Source: Takakia lepidozioides
Taxonomy: Eukaryota; Plantae; Bryophyta
DNA length: 64,000 bases
Direction: 5' to 3'
Assembly: GCA_030704615.1 (NCBI GenBank)
Contig: CM060734.1
Span: 3,348,001-3,412,000, forward strand
Below are positions 36,685 to 47,800 of the stretch, one piece after another. The translations under genes were made by a program, and so were the position numbers. The notes beneath the pieces were generated by a model. That model was not told where the DNA came from. It did not search any database and worked only from the letters and a program-made list of their open reading frames with translations. Position 1 is the first letter of the stretch, and each line of letters begins with the position of its first letter.

Positions 36685-37116
36685 TTGAACATCAAGAATT
36701 TTCAACTATCTCCGGAAGTGAGTTCGAAGTTCGTACCGCCGTATGCGGGGCCTTTTTGCATCCGGAAGGTTATGAATGAGGATGTGTATGAATTGGAGCT
36801 ACCGACAAACAGCAAGGTGCATCCGGTATTCCACGTCTCCCTTTTGAAGCCTTACTTCAAAGATGAAGCGCGTCCGAATCAGCATCAAGTGTTGCGTCCG
36901 CCACCTGTGCTGTTGGATCATGAAAATGAACCTGAGTACGAGGTGGAGGCAGTGCTTAAGTTGAGGAGGTTCAAGAATCGAGAAATGGAGTATCTCGTGA
37001 AATGGAAGGGCTATCATCAAGTGGAGGCAACTTGGGTGCGTACCTCAAAAATGGGAAACGTATCCGAGGCAGTTGCAGCTTTCGAAGGGCGACCTCAAAA
37101 GCGGAAGAAACGTTGA
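36685..37116 (+). CDS. Chromovirus (Gypsy) integrase C-terminus with chromodomain, fragment
   Basis: PPYAGPF..YELELP..VHPVFHVSLLKPY and EYEVEAVL..YLVKWKGY..ATW. Confidence 0.9.
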   Translation: MNIKNFQLSPEVSSKFVPPYAGPFCIRKVMNEDVYELELPTNSKVHPVFHVSLLKPYFKDEARPNQHQVLRPPPVLLDHENEPEYEVEAVLKLRRFKNREMEYLVKWKGYHQVEATWVRTSKMGNVSEAVAAFEGRPQKRKKR

Positions 37117-37150
37117 TGGGGACATCAACCTTAGATCGTGGGGGAGGAAA

Positions 37151-38700
37151 TGCATGCTTAGCCCGGCTTAGCTAGCTCAGGAATCCGATTGCAAAAACTT
37201 GTGTTGTACAAATTTTGTTATAAATGAAATGGTTTCCAAATGGTGATGCATGGTATGGTTGGCTAGGGTGTAGAATGCATACTAGCTTACAAAAGTAGGA
37301 GAGGTAAATTGGATTAATCGTGTGTTTGCGCAGTGCCAAAATCGGGTGACTCCCATCCAAGGGGCAAGGAAACTTGCGCCTTCTTTGGGGGTTCATGTGC
37401 TAGTGCGCGTCTGGCGCGTGCGCGTACTATAACTGCGCTACCGAGGGGGTTGTCTTGTAGTGCGGATTAACGTGGAAGCTACGTGCTTCCGTTCACGTAC
37501 TATAATCGTGTAACCTCGGGACGAAGTCGTAGTGTAGCTTCGGCGTGTTCCCGTACCTCAGGCCAGCATTCCAAGGCGGACCCAATTGTAATGATTGGGG
37601 CGCGCAGTTGTTTCAAGGTTATCTTCCTAGTCAAAAAGGGTTCCAGGTGAACCCTTACTCAAGATGATGCCAAAAGCGGCATCATGAGCGGTCGCAAGCA
37701 ATGTTGTTGCAGTAAGGCGATTCGATCCTCGGGGAGGATCGTTCCTTGGCCTTGAAGTGGGCCAAGAAGAGTGCATTAGGTGGAGCTTGAAAGGCTCCAC
37801 CCTTGGCTGGGACTTGAAGGAAGTCGGCCGAACTAGCTAGTGGAGAGTAGAGTCAAGTGGGGGTTTGGTTCTTTGCCATGGGACGCCATGGTACGGAAAC
37901 AAACTCCTTGATGTTGGACGCCACAACTTGGATGTTAGTTTCTACAAAATGGACAAGTCGATGAGGACATTGACTCCCTCTTGGTAGGGGGTGTGTCGCG
38001 GCCCTTTGCCTTGAGGGCAGGGGGTCGGGACACAAGAGGGGCTGCCCCTGTGGTGGGGGTAGTGGCAACAATAGGTACGGGGGCTGAAGCACCCTTGAGT
38101 GCCAAGGCACTCAAGGAGGCGGAGGCGCTCACTAGGTGGAGCCCCGCACACCGGGTTGCGGTGGGGGTGGTTCCACGAGGGGTGGTGGTAGCTTAGTGGG
38201 TCTTAGTGGGGGTGGCATAGGACTCACCATGGGGCGGAGACCTTGTGGTGGGAGTCGTGGGGAGTCTTGGGACTCATCACGGTCCAATGGGGCCGTGGTG
38301 GGTGGGCCAAGACTCACCGCGACTCATCACCGGGAATGGAGTGTCTTCGTGGTGGTTTGCCATAAAATGAATGGGTTGTTTGTGAAACCCCCGCGGACAG
38401 TCACAGAAGTATATATAGGGAGTAGTAACCCCGAGAACGGTGCAAGCCCGTTGGTGACCAAAAACTAGTAAGTGAGAGTGCGAGCCGAAAAACGACCCAA
38501 GGTGTGGGGAGCTGTTCCGGACTGCCAACAACCAAAGGGAATTTCCACTAGGCCCAAAGTGAGAGACGGTCTTGTGGAGGTGGAAAGGGGGACCGTTATG
38601 TCCCGGTGAACAGCCGAAGCTCTGAGTTGGCCCGACGGCAGTTTGGGAGTTAGGCGCGCGCATCAATGCGAGTAACCATGACTTGAAGGGGAGCTTTACC
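37151..38700 (+). mobile_element. 3' LTR (~1.55 kb) of the chromovirus, preceded by PPT gggggaggaaa
   Basis: TG start directly after the PPT; homologous over its length to 58988-60540 on the opposite strand. Confidence 0.8.
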
Positions 38701-39349
38701 GAAGTGAGGTGCGCGACAGTAGTCGTCTGTGTGAGAATGATGACTGTAAAAGATGGGAGTACCAGACGCATAGAACAGTCTAACAAAAGGGATAAGCTGA
38801 TGAAAATCACCTCCAGCAGAACGGAGCTCCTGAAAGATGGTAGCACGTGAGATAGTGTTGAAGGCGTTGGTGACATCGACCTGAAGAGTAACCCAGTTAG
38901 GATGAAGGTCAAGTGGGGTTAGACAACTCTAAGAAAATCTCACTATGTTAGCGCTTGTTGTCTATGTGTGAAATTGAGAGATATCATTATATAGCGTTGT
39001 AGTGCTATGCTAGATATAGTTCGAGTGTTTCAGCCTATGTCTTAAGTAAGGTTTGAAGTCTATAAAGCATGACTGACAAGAGTGTCCTATGGTGATGAGA
39101 TAGTTACTATTAGTTTTGCAATGGTATGTACAGGTATAGGCCATCGTCTACACATGCTGAGTTATACAAAACAATATTATTATATAGATCTATATTCTAC
39201 AAGTCTGTAGATTCATATGGCATGGCGATAGGCAATAGCAGCTGGAGCGGTTGTTTAAGAGTGGACGTGGGGAAACTCACGCACGAGCACTGGCTGCTAC
39301 CAAGAAACGACCTGTTGATGACGTTTGAGAGTCAACTTGTGGACACTTC

Positions 39350-39765
39350 ATGTCGCGGCCCTTTGCCTTGAGGGCAGGGGGTCGGGACACAAGAGGGGCT
39401 GCCCCTGTGGTGGGGGCAGTGGCAGCGATAGGTATGGGGGGCTGAAGCACCCTTGAGTGCCCAAGGCACTCAAGGAGGCAGAGGCGCTCACTAGGTGGAG
39501 CCCCGCACACCGGGTTGCGGTGGGGGTGGCTCCACAAGGGGTGGTGGTAGCTTAGCGGGACTTAGTGGGGGTGGCATAGGACTCACCCTGGGGCAGAGAC
39601 CTCGTGGTGGGAGTCGTGGGGGGTCTTGGGACTCATCACGGTCCATAGGGGCCGTGGTGGGTGGGCCAAGACTCACCGCGACTCATCACCGGGAGTCGAG
39701 GGTGTTCGTGGTGGTTTGCCATAAAATGGCATGGTTGTTTGTGAAACCCCTGCGGACAGTGAGTA
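39350..39765 (+). repeat. Internal fragment of the same chromovirus LTR
   Basis: Near-identical to ~37993-38400. Confidence 0.85.
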
Positions 39766-40044
39766 AAAGCCGCTAGACAGTGCATATGAAATAAACACGA
39801 AACAAACTTTTCAATTTACAAAAATGCTTTAGGGTAACAAGGTTAAGGAGTGCCATCACTGGTAGTGTCCCCATATTCCATGTCCACATCGTCCACTACT
39901 TTCTCAATGATTTCATCAACATCATCATCGTCATCTTTCTCTGTGGATGGATCAGAGCTCTCACTACCGAGCACTACACTATATTCTACCAGATGTTGAA
40001 CCTTCCTAAACCTTTTAACCGCTCGTGCCTCACATTACAACAGA

Positions 40045-40745
40045 TGAGCGTTTTTATGACTTCACATATGACTATTTTTTCAGTCTTATATGCGTTCATG
40101 ACTACATCACTCTGTAGTGAAAAAAACCCTGTCATAGCGACTAGTCTTTAGGACTGCGTTTTGCAAGTCATATCCATGACTGCTTGCGTGGCACGTGGAG
40201 TCCTGCTGCAGAGAGGGTTGCAGTCACAACTATATGACTAATATATGACTACATTGTCTGTTGAGCGCTGCCTACATGGAGAGGCTTCAGCGGGACACGT
40301 GCGCCACTGCGCAAGCGACACGTCATGCATTCGTCAGGGGATCATATGACTATATGTCTGCAAAGTGATGCCTACATGGAGAGGCGACGGATGGACACGT
40401 GCGCCACTGCGAATTTGACATGTCACGATTTCTTGCCATGATCATATGACTACATGTCTGCACAGTGATGCCTACATGGAGAGGCGCTAGCGAGACACGT
40501 GTGCTATGGCAGATTTCACACGTGGTGACTACATGACTCGCTCATATGACTACAGGGATGTCTACATGGAGAGATATTAGCGGGACACCTGTTGCACTTG
40601 AGATGTGACATGTGGCACACAGACAAAATATATGACTAGCATATATGACTACGGATCTTTACACGTGGTGAAAATATGGATAAAGAATGTCGTGTCATAT
40701 ACTGCCACGTGTTCTGGTTTGAGCAAGAGTGATGCCACGTGTCAT
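40045..40745. repeat. ~90-bp tandem repeats rich in ATATGACT/ACACGTG, possibly a CACTA-type subterminal region
   Basis: gcctacatggagaggc..gacacgtg..atatgacta is repeated; a TGTAGTG lies at ~40113-40119. Confidence 0.45.
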
Positions 40746-40875
40746 CAAGATTGTTTTCCGAAATAGTTTATATTTTAATTTTTAGTTTTCATTTAATATT
40801 TAAAAGAACATGGAGATTGCAGCCTTGGATTTTTTTTTAATGGTATTATTTAAAATGAAAGTGAATTAAAAAAAA

Positions 40876-42135
40876 ACGGCGCCAAATTTCCGTCCGAGGC
40901 TGTTCCGATTTGCCTCTAGCAGTGAAGGATTCCAAGAAAAATCCGAAAAATCAATCGGACACGCTCAGAATTACCCGCAGGAAGGTAATTCAGCGCTTCG
41001 AAATTCCTGGCGAATGGAAATTCGGCGCCGAATATCCATACGCCAGCGATCCGACTTACCTGCTGGATGGAAATTCGGCGCCGGATTTCCATCCATCCGG
41101 GATTCGAGTTACCTGCAGGATGGAAATTCGGCGCCGGATCTCCATCCACCCGCTCTCCGACCAACCTTGCGGATGAAAATCCGGCGCCGGATTTCCATCC
41201 ATCCGCTCTTCGAATTACCTGCATGACGAAAATTTTGCGCGTCGACCTAGCTGGCGGATGGAATTGGTTAGAATGGCAGTGGCCAATCAGATACTATCTT
41301 ACTCATGGTCAATGTCCACCCAGTTATGAGAAGGACCATACACCGGTAACATCAATGGAGCATGGAGTACTTGTCGTAAAGCCAAATGTGAATGGTCATA
41401 GCAGAGAACACGGGTGTTCACATAGCCATCACAGGCCACCACAGTCTAACACAGCATATCACAGCCCACCACAGTTTGACACAACCTATCACAGCCCAAC
41501 ACAGCCCACACAGGTTGCACAGTCCATAGGGTTCCGACGCCGGATTTCCATCCATCCGCTCTTCGAATTACCTGCATGACTGAAATTTTGCGCGCCGACT
41601 TACCTGGCGGATGGAAATCCGGCGCCGGATTTCCATCCATCCGCTCTTCGAATTACCTGCATGACTGGAAAAATGGCGCCGAATTTCCGATTTTGGTGCA
41701 AGTCAGATCTGGGACTTAGCCATTTTCGGCCCCGAAATGGAAAAATGGTGCCGGAAAGAAAAAGAAAAAAGAAAAAAAGCCATTTTTCCAGTTCGGGGCC
41801 GAAAACGGCTAAGTCCCAGATCTGACTGGCACCCAAAATCGGAAATTCGGCGCCATTTTTCCAGTCATGCAGGTAATTCGAAGAGCGGATGGATGGAAAT
41901 CCGGCGCCGGATTTTCATCCATCCGCTCTTCGAATTATCTGCATGACGGAAATTTTGCGCGCCGACTTACCTGGCGGATGGAAATCCGGCGCCGGATTTC
42001 CATCCATCCGCTCTTCGAATTACCTGCATGACTGGAAAAATTGGCGCCGAATTTCCGATTTTGGTGCCAGTCAGATCTGGGACTTAGCCATTTTCGGCCC
42101 CGATATGGAAAAATGGCGCCGGAAAAAAAAACAAA

Positions 42136-42166
<31 letters not shown>

Positions 42167-42836
42167 CAAACGCCATTTTTCTTGTTCGGGGCCGAAAACG
42201 GCTAAGTCCCAGATCTGACTGGCACCCAAAATCGGAAATTCGGCGCTATTTTCCAGTTCTGGGCCCAGTCTGATTTGGGACTTAGCCATTTTCGGCCCCA
42301 AACTGGAAAAATGGTGCCGGAAAAAAAAAAGAAAAAAAAAAAGATATTTTTTCCAGTTCGGGGCCGTAAACGACTAAGTCCCAGATCTGACTGGCACCCA
42401 AAATCGGAAATTTGGCGCTATTTTTCCAGTTCTGGGCCCAGTCAGATCTGGGACTTAGCCATTTTCGGCCCCGAACTGGAAAAATGGCGCCAAAAAAAAA
42501 AAAAAAAAAAAAAAAACGCCATTTTTCCAGTTCGGGGCCGAAAACGGCTAAGTCCCAGATCTGACTGGCACCCAAAATCGGAAATTCGGCGCCATTTTTC
42601 CAGTTCTGGGCCCAGTCAGATCTGGAACTTAGCCATTTTCGGCCCCGAACTGGAAAAAAGGCGCCGAAAAAAATAAAAAAATAAAACGCCATTTTTCTTG
42701 TTCGGGGCCGAAAACGGCTAAGTCCCAGATCTGACTGGCACCCAAAATTGGAAATTCGGCGCTATTTTTCCAGTTCTGGGCCCAGTCAGATTTGGGACTT
42801 AGCCATTTTCGGCCCCGAACTGGAAAAATGGCGCCG

Positions 42837-42867
<31 letters not shown>

Positions 42868-44345
42868 GCCATTTTTCTTGTTCGGGCCGAAAACGGCTAA
42901 GTCCCAGATCTGACTGGCACACCAAAATCGGAAATTGGGCGCCATTTTTCCAGTTCTGGGCCCAGTCAGATCTGGGACTTAGCCATTTTCGGCCCCGAAT
43001 GGGAAAAATGGCGCCGAAAAAAAAAAGAAAAAAGAAAACGTCATTTTTCTTGTTCGGGGCCGAAAACGGCTAAGTCCCAGATCTGACTGGCACCCAAAAT
43101 CGGAAATTCGGCGCTATTTTTCCAGTTCTGGGCCAGTCAGATCTGGGACTTAGCCATTTTCGGCCCCGAACTGGAAAAATGGCGCCGAAAATCTTATTTT
43201 TTTTTTATTTTTTATTAAAAAAACACGCCATTTTTTTCCAGTTCGGGGCCGAAAACGGCTTAGTCCCAGATCTGACTGGCACGCAAAATCGGAAAATTCG
43301 GCGCCATTTTTCCAGTTCTGGGCCCAGTCAGATCTGGGACTTAGCCATTTTCGGCCCGAACTGGAAAAAATGACGCCGAAAAAATTTAAAAAAAAAAAAA
43401 AAAAAACGCCATTTCTCTAGTTCGGGGTCGAAAACGGCTAAGTCCCTGATCTGACTGGCACCCAAAATCGGAAATTTGGAGCCATTTTTCCAGTTCGGGG
43501 CCCAGTCAGATCTGGGACTTAGCCATTTTAGGCCCCGAACTGGAAAAATGGCGCCGAAAAAAAAAAAAAAAAATAAAATAAAAAAACGGCCATTTTTCTT
43601 GTTCGGGGCCGAAAACGGCTAAGTCCAGAGCTGCTGGCGCACCCAAATCGGAAATTCGGCGCCATTTTTCTAGTTGGGGCCTAGTCAGATCTGGGACTTA
43701 GCCATTTTCGGCCCCGAAATGGAAAAATGGCGCCATTTTCAGTCAGTCCGGGCCCCGAAAATGGCTAAGTCCCTACGATGGCTGGAACCGCAACTGGAAA
43801 TTCGGCACCATTTTTCCAGTTCCGCGCCCTATCAGATCTGGAACTTAGCCATTTTCGGGCCCGAACTGGAAAAATGGCGCCATTTTTCCAGTTCGGGGCC
43901 GAAAATGGCTACGTCCCTAGGGGGCTGGCACCAAAATCGGAAATTCGGCGCCCATTTTTCCAGTTCTGGGCCCCAGTCAGATATGGGGACTTAGCCATTT
44001 TCGGCCCTGAAACTGGTAAAATGGCACCGAAAAAAAAAAAAAAAAAAAAAACGCCATTTTGTAGTCGGGGCCTAAAATGGCTAAGTCCCAGATCTGACTG
44101 GCACCAAAAATCGGAAATTCGGCGCCATTTTTCCAGTTCCGGGCCCAGTCAGATCTGGGACTTAGCCATTTTCGGCAAGTAAATGCAATAAATGTTGCAT
44201 TTCAAGTCCAACTGGTGCCACATTCCAACTTCACATGACCCTATTTCCGTGCCTCCTAACCCTATTTCCCGTGGACTTACAATGGTCTGCTCATGTTTTT
44301 TTTTTCCGCTCATGTCTCATGCCGCTCCTGAAATAGCAGCCCCCC
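40876..44345 (+). mobile_element. Non-autonomous family B derivative made of palindrome/hairpin arrays and the right TIR
   Basis: 40876-41260 matches 24918-25350. Tandem ~175-190 bp hairpin units span 41690-44175. The terminus gaaatagcagcccccc is at 44345. Confidence 0.8.
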
Positions 44346-44831
44346 GCATGGGATGTGTTGGGCTTGATGGTGTTGTGTTGGGTGTTGTGAAAAGGCTGTG
44401 TCAAATGTGACGAGCTGTGAAGGCTGTGACACTGTGGTGGGCTGTGTGTGAAGGCCGGTCCACACTGTGATGGGGCTGTGATAGGCTGCGTGTGGCACTG
44501 TGATGGGTGATAGCTATGCAAACACCGTACTTCCCGCCTGGTCATACACGTTCGGCTTAGCGACAAGGGGCTCCATACTCCGTTGGTATCACCGGCGCAG
44601 CCGTGACTGTTTTTGTGTTTTCAACATGCAAATCGTGTTGCAATGGTTTGTCATGGATACCACTTTATCCCTTCAATTTATTGGCATCTTGACTCTTTTT
44701 CCAGCATTTTTTGTTAATGTTTGTAACAGGGCGGTGTTATTATCATACATCTTATATATGACATAAGGTCCTTTCCATGGTGATTTAAGCTTAGAAGCTT
44801 CTTTAATTGTCCCCTTCTTCCTGCAACCACA

Positions 44832-47800
44832 GGGGGGGCTGCTATTTCATGAGCGCATGAGCATGAGCGGAAAAAAAAAAAGCATGAGCAGACCATTGTG
44901 AGTCCACGGAAATAGGGTTAGGAGGCACGGAAATAGGGTCATGTGAAGTTGGAATGTGGCACCAGGGACTTGAAATGCAACATTTTATTGCAAATTTTGT
45001 GGCAAGGCCACGTCTATACAAGTTGTGTTCACTGTCATCGCCGGAATGGGCACTACTCTCCTACACCCTCCCAGGAAACTGCCCCACCTTCTCCTCATCC
45101 CCTCATCCCCCTCATCCTCTGAGCTCTGTGATGCATCAGTTCCACTATGCCTCTCAAAATCCCGTCCTCTCCTTGGGGGGACTGTCCACCTCACCTCCTG
45201 GGAATCTTCTGCGTCTTCTCCCCCACTTTCCTAAGCAGAATCCACACAAATCTGCGAGCCCGACGGGCCTATAATCTGTTGCCTCCTCCCTCATCTTCAT
45301 TTTCTTGAGGCTTGCCTCGTCTAAAATCTGCTGTCACGACTACGTTCGGAAACACCTCCTAATGGACAAAACCGAAGCAAGCCGGGCAGCATAAGTAGGA
45401 AGGATGTACTTTCCTTCTGGACTAGCATGAAATCCCCCTGGCAAAAAAAATGCACGTTCCTCCTGCCCATATGAAACTCCCGGTTGTAGACGTCCCTCCG
45501 GCAGTACTTGGCATCCTACAGTAAGAACAATCCACTGAAGAATGTCAATACCCAGCACAACCAGAAAGGGTTTTCAATGAAAAGAGAGAGGAGGGACGGT
45601 GCCTCCAAAAATCCTGGAGGCAACTTAAAATGCCACCACTCACTCGTACAACGGGGCTCCTCGGCCCTCGATCCCAACCCTTCCTCCCCTGATCCTTCTC
45701 GATTTTCCTCATCCCCGAGGATGCCTTCCCTTTCGGCAGACGTTCAGCCGCTGCAAGTTCCGAGTTGTGGAGGCAGTATCTGGCTTGAAGGCGAACACAA
45801 TGCCTGTCGGACAACGTTCCGCCCACTTGCAGCACTGAGGGAACAAAGCGGGCGGTTATCGCTTGCGGCATGCAATTGCACTGGGGCCACGGAACAAACT
45901 GAGCAGTGAAGGCTCCGTGCCGCTCATGTGAGGTCCAGAATCCGCCCTTGGACATCCGAGCACGTATCTCCATGAGGGTTTGGATGAAAGCAGGGCTCCG
46001 GGTCCGGCTGTACCGCCACGGTTTTGCCTGTCTTTGTGTCCTTCGGCATACTCGAGTGGGGCACATAGTTGTAAGAGGACATCGTAGGTTACAGGGTCCG
46101 ACCGGCATCAACAAGACGACCGTCGTTGCGGAATTGAACGTAGACCCTCTCTTCACAAGCAATATGCCTCAAACACCAATGTCTGCACATCCAACAAAGA
46201 GGGATCAATTCAAGGGTCTACTTAACATACACACACAATATGAAGTGAATGCAATAGATTGATAACTTACAATTTGGCCCTCTGTTGCGCAACCCCTGCG
46301 TACTGAATGCAGAACCATTTTCCTGAGGAGGACCGGGGGTGACACTTTTCGGTGTCCACCTTGCCACCGCATTCTCTGTGGTCTTCACTCTCGTGCAAGG
46401 ACAACCACACTCCACCGTCATCCAGAAGCATCCCGACAGCCCAAACCCGGCTTTCCCAGGAGTCCTCAGTAAACTGTTCCAGGTGGGCACACCATCAGGC
46501 CCTCCAACAGCTCCCCATCTGGAATGTCGAGGAGAATCATGTCGCAAGCGTCTCCACCTCAAACCCCCCCCGAGTGCTCTTGCAATTCGTGCTCACTAGC
46601 CGTGAAGAATCCATCATGGCTTTCAAAAACCAGGGGTGTCTTTTAGGCTCGTACCGGCAGCCCCTCTTGGCTTTCCCCTTCTGCTCGCCAGAGACTTGTT
46701 GTGTGCCACCTCTTTTCGCTCGTCGGCAGCGAGAGCGTCAAGGAAGCTCTCATTGACGCATTGAGATGATGGTGGAGGTTGTATTCGAGCTTTGGCCGTG
46801 TGCGCTTATAACGTCACCGCCGACAATACCCGTCGTCCGTAGGCTCACCCTCAAATGCCCACTTCTTGGCAGAGCCAGTCCCAGTCCGAACTGAATTGGG
46901 AACCCGGACGAGGTGACTCTGTACGGGTAGGAGCAATAGCAAGTCGCAGGCGACCTTGAACAAAATCGGAGTTCCGGATCACTCTTCTTGGGTCCCCTCC
47001 TGCGCCTCCTCCGATGCGCCCCCGATTGGTTTTCTTCTTTTTGGGTGTTACTGCGACGGTCACCTGTTTCCTTGTCCTTATCCTTTGACTTTACTCTTCT
47101 AAGGCACGAACTCATGTTCCTGACATTCCTGCCTGAGCACGTTCTGCCGTCTCTGGATGTTCGCAAGCGCTTTTGCCTCTTGCACCAACGGCACGGACAG
47201 CGGAGCCGGTTTCGTCGGGAATTCGAAGCATCCAGCTTCAATTGCAACTCGCGATGGGTCGAGCGAGCCAGGCGGAGGTCCACATACCAAGGGCAATCAC
47301 GCAAATGTTCCAGATGCAACTCGCTTACAATATCGTCAGTGTAATGGAGTCAGCCCCAGGGTTCCTCTCATGCCAGGAAGAATGGTGGCTCGAAAAGACA
47401 CATGACCTTTCTCAACAAGGGAGAACTTACAGTACCTGCATTCATGAAAAACCACAATGAGGTCCGAAAATGGCTACGTCCTGAACGGCAAAGGGCCTAC
47501 AACTGGAATATGGCGCCGAATTTCCCCTTCAGGGCCACCCAGTCTAGGGACTTAGCCACTGAAAAGTGGCTAAGTCCTGTGAACGGGCACAATCGGTGGA
47601 ACTGGAAAAATGGGCCGAATTCCAGTTCAGAGCCAGCCAGTCTAGGGACTTAGCCCGAAAAATGGCTAAGTCCCTGGACGGCAATAGGGCCTAGAACTGG
47701 AAAACGCTCGAATTTCCAAGTTCCGGGCCAGCCCCCCTAGGGACTTAGCCCGAAAATGGCTAAGTCCCTGGGACGGCAATAGGGCCTAGAAACTGGAAAA

